Assembly (NCBI GenBank): GCA_964016885.1
Contig: OZ024742.1
Span: forward strand, 318,556,001-318,620,000
Reading direction: 5' to 3'
From: Eledone cirrhosa
Taxonomy: Eukaryota
Length of the DNA stretch: 64,000 nt
In this document: piece after piece, positions 1-10,043 of the stretch
Layout: each line of letters begins with the position of its first letter
Position numbering within the stretch: the first letter of the stretch is position 1
The notes under the pieces: generated by a model
The model's database searches: none
What the model was told of the DNA's origin: nothing
What the model saw: the letters and a program-made list of their open reading frames with translations, nothing else
Made by a program: the position numbers and the translations under genes

Positions 1-160
1 TGTACACAATATTTCATTATTGTTATTGTTATTATATCATGACTCATACACTGTTCATTTTCCTGACATTTGTACATTATTCTATGTACTATACATGCAC
101 CTTTGATGAGTTGTAGTGCACCTGAGCACTGTACACAATAATTTCATTATTATTATTATA
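1..160 (+). mobile_element. 3' end (partly duplicated) of a CR1-group LINE with (ATT)n tail
   Basis: tgcacctgagcactgtacacaataatttcattattattatt also occurs at ~22085-22135, where it follows a CR1-type ORF2 C-terminus (TWNKLPASV...FK), and inverted at 14744-14790. Confidence 0.65.
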
Positions 161-1240
161 GATTTTATTTCTAGCCAATGCTCAGGTGCAATAAGTAGCA
201 AGTGCCCACAGGATACTATCTCCTTCTATTGCCCAGATGGTTCTATAGAAATAGTAGACACTTTCCGTTACCTGGGTGACGAAATCAGCAGTGGTGGAGG
301 GTGTTCTGAAAGTACAGTAGCCAGAGTCAAAACGGGATGGAAAAATTTCAGAGAGCTTATACCACTATTGACAACTAAAGGTTTCTCTCTAAAAATGAAA
401 GGCAGATTATATGATGCCTGTATACGAACAGCAATGTTACATGGCAGTGAGACATGGGCTTTGTATGCAGAGGATCTGCGCAGACTGGAGAGGAACGAAG
501 CATCCATGCTCCATTGGATGTGTAATAGTAATATACGTGAAGAGCAAAGCATAAATGAACTAAGTGAGAAATTAGGAATAAGAGGGATCAGATGCTGTTT
601 ACTCGAAAGAAGACTACATTGGTATGGTCACGTGATGCGCATGAAAGACGACAGTTGTATAAAAAAGTGCAGGGCGATCAAAATTGATGGAAGTTACGGA
701 GTAGGTAGACTCAGAAAAACCTGGGATGATTTGATAAATTCCGACCTCACACACTTACATCTCTCTAAGACAATGTCACTGGACTGAGAGCTTTGGCGCT
801 ACGCTGTAATACAGAAGACACGCCTTGCCTATGTACAAAGCGAAACCTACAGTCAGTCGGCACCTCTTAACCAAATATACACCCCATCCCACTACCCATA
901 CTCTACTCCATCCCCACTCCCACCAACATCACCCTTTCTCTGTAAAGTTATGTTGGTACCACAACATCCAGTCCAAAATAAATGAGGTCGTGTAGGTGTC
1001 ACAACAAAAAAACACAGTCCACACTGTAATGTGGCCGTGTAGGTAACACGGTAAAAACCTCCCAGTTCCACACTGTAAACGTGGTTGGTGTTAGGATGGG
1101 CATCCAGCCATAGAAAACCTGCCAGACAGCCCTATACGAGTGAGACATGGTCACCCGACCAATCTTGCCTCAAGTAGGACAATTCCCGGCTAAACCCATG
1201 CTAGCGTGGAAGATAAACGTTGATAATGATGATGATGATA
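161..1240 (+). mobile_element. 5'-truncated RTE LINE, copy 1 (RT C-terminus, long 3' UTR, (GAT)n tail)
   Basis: ORF 116-787 has [22 protein letters not shown] and RLHWYGHVMR; premature TGA at 785-787; tail gatgatgatgat runs into (TA)n; collinear with 2417-3513. Confidence 0.92.
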
Positions 1241-1264
1241 TATATATATATATACCTAACCCTA

Positions 1265-3513
1265 ACCGTGATATTGTCGGGGAGAAGTGTATCCGTAATG
1301 ATAATGGTGTACTTGCGCTCACTGATACTGATAAGAAGATAGCCTGGAAGTGTCACTACGAGAGACTATTAAATGAGCAGAATAAATGAGAAAAAAATAG
1401 TCTGCCCCAAATCGATCCAATAGAAGGACCAGCGGTGCAAGTTAAAGGTAGTATAATAAGTAAAGCAATCAAAGATATGAAGACAGGCAAGGCAGCTGGG
1501 CCTTCGGAGATAGTTGCTGAGATGTTGAAGGCATCTGGTATGGTGGGACACACTATGGTCACCCGTATAGTTAACCAAGTAATACAGAATGGGGTTATAC
1601 CGAAAGACTGGCGTAGCAGCAGCATCATTAACTGCTACAAGGGTAAAGGGGATACTCTAGATAGGGGAAACTATAGAGGCATTAAGTTAGTTGACCAGGT
1701 CATGAAGGTCACAGAAAGAGTTATAGCGCAACTAATCAGAGAGCGAATTGATCTAGATGAAATGCAGTTCGGGTTTGTGTCAGGTAAAAGTACCACAGAC
1801 GCTCTTTTCCTTGTACGACAACTACAAGAGAAGTACCTAGCTAAAAGTAAACCCCTCTACTTAGCTTTTGTAGACCTGGAGAAAGCTTTTGACAGAGTCC
1901 CCCGTTCCATTATCTGGTGGGCTCTTAGAAAACTAGGTGTAGATGAATGGCTTGTGAGAGCTATACAAGCTATGTATAATGAAACAGTCAGTAAGGTTAA
2001 TAATGAATATTGTGAAGAATTTAGTGTAAAAGTTGGCGTTCATCAAGGCTCTGTCCTTAGCCCCCTCTTATTTATTATTGCCCTTCAGGCTATAACAGAG
2101 GAGTTCAAGACCGGCTGCCCATGGGAACTCCTATATGCAGATGATCTAACGCTCATAGCTGAATCAATGGCTGAACTAGAAAAGATATTCCAAACATGGA
2201 AGCATGGCCTAGAATCAAAAGGTCTTAAAGTTAACTTGTCTAAGACTAAAGTCCTAGTTTGTAGAAAGGAAAATAAGGCACAGGTACCCTCAGGGAAATG
2301 GCCTTGCTCAGTGTGTAGGAAAGGAGTAGGCAGAAATTCAATTTTATGTCCCAAATGCAAAGTATGGGTACATAAAAGATGTAGTGGGATCACAGGTAAA
2401 CTATCTAAGAAAGTAGACTTTATATGTGGCCGATGCTCAGGTGCAAGAGGTAGCCAGTGTCTACAGGATACTAGCCCCTTCTATTGCCCAGATGGTTCTA
2501 TAGAAATAGTAGACACTTTCCGTTACCTGGGTGACGAAATCAGCAGTGGTGGAGGGTGTTCTGAAAGTACAGTAGCCAGAGTCAGAACGGGATGGAAAAA
2601 GTTCAGAGCTTATACCGCTGTTGGCCACAAAAGGTTTCTCTCTAAAAGTGAAAGGCAGATTGTATGATGCTTGTGTACGAACAGTAATGTTACATGGCAG
2701 TGAGACATGGGCATTATGTGCAGAGGATCTGCGCAGACTGGAGAGGAACGAAGCATCCATGCTCCGTTGGATGTGTAATAGTAATATACGTGAACGGCAA
2801 AGCATAAATGAACTAAGTGAGAAATTAGGAATAAGAGGGATCAGATGCTGTTTACTCGAGAGAAGACTACGTTGGTATGGCCACGTGATGCGCATGAAAG
2901 ACGACAGCTGTAAAAAAAAGTGCAGGGCGATCAAAATTGATGGTAGTTACGGAGTAGGTAGACTCAGAAAAACCTGGGACGATCTGATAAATTCCGACCT
3001 CACACACTTGCACCTCTCTAAGACAATGTCACTGGATCGAGATCTTTGGCGCTACGCAGTAATATAGAAGACCTGCTTTGCCTATGTACAAAGCGAAACC
3101 TACAGTCAGTAGGCACCTCTTAACCAAATATACACCCCAATCCACTACCCCTACCCTATCCTCCCACTAACACCACCCCTTCTCTATAAAGTTGGTACCA
3201 CAATATCCAGTCCAAATAAATGAGATAAATGAGATCGAGATCGAGATCGTGTAGGTGTCACGAGAAAAAAACACACAGTCCACGCTGTAATGTGGCCGTG
3301 TATGTAACACGGTAAAAACCTCCCAGTTCCACACTGTAAATGTGGTTGGTGTTAGGAAGAGTATCCAGCCGTAGAAAACCTGCCAGATAGTCCTATATGA
3401 GCGAGACACGGTCACCCGACCAACCTTGCCTCAAGTGGGACAACTCCCGTCTAACAAATGCTAGCGTGGAGAGTGGACGTGAAACGAGGATGATGATGAT
3501 GATGATGATGATG
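1265..3513 (+). mobile_element. 5'-truncated RTE LINE, copy 2 (complete RT domain with internal PHD-like finger; frameshifted)
   Basis: KAAGPS, NYRGIKL, QFGF, FVDLEKAFD, GVHQGSVLSPLLF, YADD, YLG; stop at 1387-1389 and a 2-nt deletion near 2605 split ORFs 1435-2667 and 2621-3067; ends in (GAT)n then (TA)n. Confidence 0.95.
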
Positions 3514-4086
3514 ATATATATATATAAGGTCAGATTAGATTTTTTTTTTTAATCAGATGGTCTCTGCACGAGAGCCCGATCTGTTTATCAAATACTACTA
3601 GTAAACAACTAGTAAATGGCTTTACCTGAAACATTAAATCACCTTTCTCACAGTGCGAACTTTTTTCCACTGTCTGCATTACTTTTCGCTACTACATACC
3701 ATCACTAGTTTTCCTTGAAGTTTACTGTTTCACAAAACAAATAATCAAACCAACTATATATCTGTATTTCTTCTATATCGATCTTTACAGAAAGGTCCTA
3801 CATATCAATATAATGAGTTGAGAAACTTTCTATTAACTGAAATTATTCATCGGATCCATTGACATCCCTTTCTTGGGATGTTCGAGATCTTAAAACATCA
3901 GACAGGGGAGACAACTTAAATGGTTGTCCCTCTTACAATTTTCGTCGTTTCTCCAACGCTTTGACGACTAATATTCAGTGAGGTCGAGAGCCTGCCTGGT
4001 CAATGTCCAACTCTCTGCAGAGTCTTCCCCTTTCGTGGATGAGCTCCGTATTTCCATTGCACTCCGAATGGGAATAATTAAATAAT

Positions 4087-4283
4087 TGTTTTACACTTGT
4101 CACCAGACCAGCAATTTAAACGGAAAGGGAAAGTCGATTGAATGGATCTCACTGCGTTACTAGTACTTTATTTTATCAACCCCGAAAAGCAAAGCTAACC
4201 TCGACGTGATTTGAACTGAGAATGTAAAGGGCCGTAACTAAATGCTGCAAAGCATTTTGTATGATGCTCTAACGATTTTGCCA
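4087..4283 (-). mobile_element. tRNA-derived SINE family A (core gaggttaactttgcctttcatcctt.cggggtcgataaaataaagtacc; Meta-domain-like)
   Basis: Same ~200 bp unit recurs at about 4444-4630(+), 8500-8660, 12305-12485, 26365-26582, 28165-28360(-), 32565-32712(-), 48950-49100, 52330-52505, 55500-55655, 56135-56350(-) and 56375-56575(-); B-box-like gagttcaaat. Confidence 0.8.
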
Positions 4284-4443
4284 TTAATTAATGATTTCTT
4301 TATTAACCAGACAGGGTTCAGTTACTAATTAAGTAATAAAATCAATTAAATGAAATTTTTAAAAAAAAAAAGAAAAATGTAAAATAAGATGAATCTCGTT
4401 TTTAAGTCAACTTGGTAAAAGTCTTACAATCACAACTACCAGA

Positions 4444-4630
4444 GTGGTGGATTGGCAAAATTGTTAACAAAATGCTTTTCAATATTTGTTCTTGCTCTTT
4501 GCGTTCTGAGTTCAAATTAATGTCAACTTAGCCTTTCATCCTGCCAGGGTCGATAGATAAAGTTTTGATAGCGATGTAATCGACTTTTCCTCTCCGCCAA
4601 ATTGCTGGCTTTGTATCTAAACAAACCAGT
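4444..4630 (+). mobile_element. SINE family A copy, head-to-head with the previous copy
   Basis: ggtggattggcaaaa...tctgagttcaaa...gcctttcatcct...aaattgctggctttg. Confidence 0.75.
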
Positions 4631-4668
4631 CACAACAACCATCGCCGACACCAACATTACTACTACTG

Positions 4669-4752
4669 TATATGAGACCCTAGCTTTTATATTCAGTTAA
4701 ATATGTTACTTTATATATATGAGACCCTAGATTTTATAGTGAGTTAAATAAG
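4669..4752. repeat. Imperfect direct tandem duplication
   Basis: tatatgagaccctag(c/a)ttttata..agttaaata occurs twice about 46 bp apart. Confidence 0.7.
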
Positions 4753-5333
4753 TTTCATATTTCCCGGATAATATTTTTCGCTTTCTTTTACGTTAGCAAA
4801 AATTCAGCCAATCACGAATCTGTAACATACACGCACCCATGCATATATACGCAATACTTTTTATAAATTTTGATAAAATCTTCGATTAATGCAGATTCCT
4901 TTAACGTTGTTTAAAATCTAAGGCAAGCAAGGGAGATAATTCTAATAATATCAGCTATTTGAAATTTGTTGGGAATAAAGATAGAAATGGATGGTGTTTT
5001 TATAAGTTAACTAACATGTTTCGATCTTTTAAGCAAATCATATTTTGGGATTTATGGCGTTGTTTATGAGTGAATATCAATAATATAGCTGAGGGGATAT
5101 ACTTTAGGATATGTCCTGTATACTAAATAAATATATAGTAGAGTTTCACATGTTTAATATAGTTATTGTTTTTTTCAATCTCAACTGAGATTATCCATGC
5201 AATTAATATACAAAACCCCCTCTACCATATTTGCAGACGTTCGCTTAAAGTATTTTCCCTCGGTTATAATTGTTATTTATAATCAAATCAACGTCACTAC
5301 ATTCTGTCTCTCTCTCTCTCATACGCTCACACT

Positions 5334-5357
<24 letters not shown>

Positions 5358-5364
<7 letters not shown>

Positions 5365-5591
5365 AGATCAAAAGATGGTTAAAAGAGTTCCAAGTATTTT
5401 ATTATGCGCATTTCAAAAATAAATATCATCATGGGATGATATCTGCGTTCTCATCAGATAAAATAGGGAGACATGATATGAAGCTTAAAAAACACTTGTG
5501 AGCATCATGTCATCCCATGATGATATTTGTTTTTGAAATGCGCATAATAAAATACTTGGAACTCTTTTAACCATCTTTTGATCTTATATTA
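5358..5591. repeat. 82-bp inverted repeat (one mismatch, 70-bp spacer) next to (TA)n; Penelope pLTR-like
   Basis: 5358-5439 is the reverse complement of 5510-5591; the left arm overlaps a hammerhead motif. Confidence 0.9.
5395..5465 (-). ncRNA. Type I hammerhead ribozyme motif (minimal, palindromic stem III)
   Basis: Minus strand reads UAUUUUAU-CUGAUGA-[gaacgcagauaucauc ccau gaugauauuuauuuuu]-GAAA-UGCGCA-UA-AUAAAAUA: perfect 8-bp stem I, full catalytic core, long stem II, AUA cleavage triplet. Confidence 0.8.
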
Positions 5592-5766
5592 TTTATACTC
5601 CAGTCCTACAAACTATAGAGTGCTACTTATCCGATATTTGCATTGCTTTATTGTGCTACAATAAAACTCACCTCCTACATATATATATATATATATGTGT
5701 AGGAGGTGAGTTTTATATATTATGGAATACTGTTAGCTTCTTGCTACAATAATTTCTATGCTTTTC

Positions 5767-5830
<64 letters not shown>

Positions 5831-5868
5831 GATATTAACAAATGGAAACTATATTTATAAAACCATAT

Positions 5869-5936
5869 TTATTTCATTATACATATTTCAAGGACACCAA
5901 GTTAAATTATGGTGTGCTTTCATCAGATAAAAATAA
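5869..5936 (-). ncRNA. Second type I hammerhead ribozyme motif (different sequence family)
   Basis: Minus strand reads UUAUUUUUAU-CUGAUGA-[aagcacacca uaauuuaacu ugguguccuu]-GAAA-UAUGUA-UA-AUGAAAUAA; stem II 9 of 10 paired. Confidence 0.72.
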
Positions 5937-6108
5937 TATAGAGCAGTTTTATAAATAAATATTGACATACCCTTAAAGAATGCAACCATTACTGTTGGAA
6001 GCTCCCGTATTTTTACTCCAATTATTTGTTGAGTGCTTTATATCAGTTATAAAAATATTTGCTTGTTGTATCCCAACAATTTAAATAGAACTTTTACATA
6101 TATATATA

Positions 6109-6246
6109 TATATATCATAAAACATGTCTATAGAATCACAAGATAAAATATATACTATTTCCTCTCCCAATTAGCATAATCAAATTGGGAGAGGAAATAG
6201 TATATATTTTATCTTGTGATTCTATAGACATGTTTTATGATATATA
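6109..6246. repeat. Perfect 64-bp-arm palindrome with 10-nt loop, starting in (TA)n
   Basis: 6109-6172 is the exact reverse complement of 6183-6246; loop agcataatca. Confidence 0.95.
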
Positions 6247-6340
6247 GCTCTGGTTGTTTAATTTATTAATTTTTCATTGAGCCACAAAGTGACCAGTTGC
6301 AAAACACGTATATGTATGTGTATGTATATATATATGTAAA

Positions 6341-6396
<56 letters not shown>

Positions 6397-8679
6397 AAGT
6401 GTTAAAAACAAACAGACAAAATTTACTTAATTTTTCCTCTTAGCTCAGAAAGAATTAACTATATAAGGAATTAATCTGAGCTAAATACAATTATAAGTGT
6501 GAAGAAAAAACAGATAAAATATATGCTGATCACTTGTAAATCTTGCCAGCTTCCCTTGAGGAGGGCGAGGGCTATACCTACGAAACGAATATTTAATACT
6601 AGCAATTTCTCCATTCCAGTATTTTATTATAGTAATCTAGGCTAGACACCTTCATAGCAGAAGTCAATGTGGCGGCGATTCTCTTCGATTGTTGAGATTA
6701 CTTCTAAAGGGATCGCAACAAACAAGAGTTTCTAAAATCTTGTGAAAAAATGTTGTCACTTGACTTTCAACCATTTCGCATGGATAGGGTTGCATATAAT
6801 CAACTTATTACAACTAAAGGAATAATTCGGAAACTGTCCTTCACAAACGAACTGTTATTTCTCTCACATTGGTCACACGTTGGCAAAAAATTATGACACA
6901 TTTCTTTTGAACAATAGCTCTTTTATTTATCAGAACTGTTTTTCAAATTGATTTCAGCTTAAATTATCATTATTATTATTAGCCTCTGTTAAATTAAATC
7001 GACACATTTTCCCTCAAGTGCCAATGATGAATATTTCTAAAACTCTTCTCTGTCGTTTGGGAAACTCGCGACTTCATAAGAATTTTGCCTTATTTACCTC
7101 TTTGGCGACACACTACCGATCTTTAGAGACATTTCACAATTCTTGCTGGCATTCTGTGAGTAAAATAATGACTTTTGAGTTTTTATATTCTTTCAAATAC
7201 ACACACATCAAGCATAATTATATATGATGGTTACATTTTATCACGTTCTATTTATACGGTGCCTTACGAAGGAAAAAAAAAGAACGTTTTCAATAGATTT
7301 TGGAAATGTATTTTGCTCTGTACACAAATCACTAGGTACTCCAGAAACGAAATTTAATGGAAACATACAAAATATTTTAAAAAATAATAAAAACATATAT
7401 ATATATATTCAATTAGAGTTAGTTGATTTAGAATCAACCGACTTTTATATAACAGATGTCAAGTACTCAACGGTATATGTTTATCCGGAGTATTGTTATA
7501 ATAATAATAAACAAAAAAAAAAAAGTTACTTTAGTCCATCCTATTATATGTATATATATCACCGCTAATCAGATTTTCACATTCCGGTTTTTACTTCCAC
7601 CCATCATCAGCCTTGTTTTTCACATTTAAATTATTTCCTTATGTAATAATTTCAAACGCCGCATAGACACTTTAGACCCATAATGCTTATTTTAATAGCA
7701 TATTATGTGTATGTGTGATTTTATTTTTAATAAATGTTATGTTGTTTTAACATAAGCGTTTTTGTCAAGTTCATCAGTCTTCAAGGGCATTCTGTAAAAT
7801 ATCTTAGTTTCACTACGAGGTCATATTAAACAATTCTATTTAATATTCTAAATATCAAAACTCTCACACATGGGCAACTGCATCAAGTGTCCCATTGTTG
7901 GGGAACCTTTCCTTGCGACTTTGATTTTTATCCTGTTTCTCAGTATATAAAAGTTATATGTTTCCTTGTTGAGGGGCACTACAACGAAATTGGCTGTCAG
8001 AAGCGAAAGTATGTATCTAAGCAGAGGTCATTAACTAATAGTATTGAATGTTATAACCACTAGCTTCTTCATATTTCTGGCCAAAGCAGTTCACACTACC
8101 TCAGCCGTCCAGAATACTTGCCGGATTATCTTTTCTCATTCAGACCAGTGACCACCAGTATCTAGATGGACAGTGTATAGTAGATGTGGTCCAATGACCA
8201 TAAAATGTATCGTGCGCCTAACTTCCTGGATCACGCTGGATCCATTCTATACCTTCATTCTGTATATAAGAAGAAAGTCTTAGGTGTCAGACTTAATCCA
8301 TCGACCTGTTTAACACCAGCATCTGATCCTTAGGTCCCTTTAGTGAAGTCCAGTCTGCTGCAAGCATTCGGACCAAGTCTCCGGTTTGGGGATAACTTCC
8401 TCATTCCCAACACTCTCAGAGACCCGAAAAAGAGCCAAGGGCACTATTCATAACTAAACAATAAAAAATGCCAAACCAGAAGATTATTATTCTCTCTGAT
8501 AATCCACTAATTGACAGATCGTCAGAGAGAATGCATTGCAGTATTTGTTCTAGCTTACTCATAGTCTGAGATCAAAATTCAATCCTTCCCAGGTCGACTT
8601 TGCTTTTCATTTTTTTTTTAGACAATATAAATGGTACCAGTCCCAGCCCTGTACTGGTGCAGCTTTTTCTCCCTCTATC

Positions 8680-9250
8680 TGTAAAGTGGTCGTGTAGGTG
8701 TCATGCAAAAAGTACCCAGCCCACACTGTAAAGTGTTCGTGTAGGAGTCACGACAAAAAGCACCCAGCACACACTTTAAATGTGGTTGGCGTTAGGAAAG
8801 GCATCTAGCCAGAAACAGTTCTATATGAGTAAGACACGGCCACCTGACACAACTTGCCTCAAATGGGACATCCCGTCTAATCCATGCTAACGTGGAAAAT
8901 GGACGTTAAACGATGATAATGATATGTAACACCCTAGATGTTCTGTTGTTTCAAGACAGTGTCTGTTCATGTCTACATGGATAACTGAAACCCCGGGTGA
9001 AATCATGGTACATACTACCAAATCATATTCTATATGGGTTAGGTGGGCCAAGTGTTGCTCATACGGATCTGTATTTTGGCTTGATTTCTGCCGCCAGTGT
9101 TGACTGGGTACTTTTTTTCGTGGCACCAAAACGACCATCCAACAGGGTGGAGTGGATACTTTTTCTGTCACTAACACCACCACTGTCTTACAGGCATGAT
9201 GGACTAGGTGCTTTGTTGTTATAGCACCAGATTCACCATACAGGGTGGAC
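8680..9250. mobile_element. Two tail-to-tail solo copies of the RTE 3'-UTR/SINE-like module (8680-8925 +, ~8990-9250 -)
   Basis: gtaggtgtcacgacaaaaagcacccagc units, then ggttggcgttaggaaaggcatc, then ccatgctaacgtggaaaatggacgttaaacgatgat; matches the 3' UTR of RTE copies 1 and 2. Confidence 0.7.
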
Positions 9251-9404
9251 TTTTTTGTGGTTCGGAAAGAGGGGTGTATCAGGGACGAGGAGTGAAGGTT
9301 GGGGAATTAATTTTGAAAATAATGAAGAATTCGATGGGATTTAGCAAAATAACTAATTCGTTCGTTAACAAGCTATTTGGAACATAAAAGGTCTTTACAT
9401 AAAC

Positions 9405-9680
9405 TTATGAATGAACAATGACTTCATGACGGAGTAGTTTTAGCTATTAAAGAAACATCCAGAAATTGTCATATTCACTTTTTATTTATTTTGTGGTGTC
9501 ACAGTTCTCATCAGACTCGTTTTTGCCTAGTCAATGACCAGGTGGCAAAGATAATATAAATTTTGACATCACAAAATAAATGAAAAATTGATATAACAAT
9601 TTTGCATGATATTTTTAAATGGTTAAAATGACTCTTCTGTTTTGCTTCAGTCTCAAATCAAGTCACTTGTCAAACAAGTA
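9405..9680. repeat. Degenerate foldback / MITE-like inverted repeat
   Basis: aattgtcatattcactttttatttattttgtggtgtca (~9464-9501) pairs with tgacatcacaaaataaatgaaaaattgatataacaatt (~9564-9601); weaker pairing extends outward. Confidence 0.6.
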
Positions 9681-10043
9681 CAACTCCAAAATTATATTGG
9701 AAGTTTTACCCTAAAACTTGACTAAATTTTACATTTCATAACCCTTTCATTATATTTTTAATAAAATGATTTTCAAATGATTTGGAAAATAATCAAGAAT
9801 TTGGAGGGATTTAATAATATAACTAACTTGCTCATTTATCTGGTGTTTGGAGCTTAACTTAACTAAGGTTCTTATGATGAAATTATGATGGAAGGTTTTT
9901 AGATAAATATAAACACTTGAAAACATACAGGTGGTTTCAGGTTGTTTGGTATTAGAAAGATTAATTAATTGATCTGTAACGATGAAATTGTTATATTAAA
10001 TCTAATAAAACAGCTTCATAGAAATTATTTCTTTCTTTTACAG

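Noticed and set aside
1255-1267. Telomere-like cctaaccctaacc at the 5' junction of RTE copy 2
   Set aside because: Only about two units, and the last bases are probably LINE coding sequence (N-R-D); too short to claim telomerase healing.
5085-5135. ctga-ggggatatac...gatatgtcct hairpin and a similar ctgatt...gaaa string at ~37975-38000
   Set aside because: Possibly eroded hammerheads, but catalytic residues are missing; unsupported.
6550-6600. ttgagga...cgaaacg hammerhead-like string
   Set aside because: Core is not CUGANGA and there is no convincing stem I or stem III.
6660-7350. Non-repetitive, CpG-containing stretch with short ORFs
   Set aside because: No recognisable protein motif or consistent splice structure; may be a promoter or UTR but cannot be called.
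8690-8780. Repeated ~40-nt units resembling a CRISPR array
   Set aside because: No unique spacers, eukaryotic context, and they are part of the RTE 3' UTR/SINE module.
9485-9520. ctgatgag on the minus strand inside the foldback
   Set aside because: No stem II followed by GAAA.
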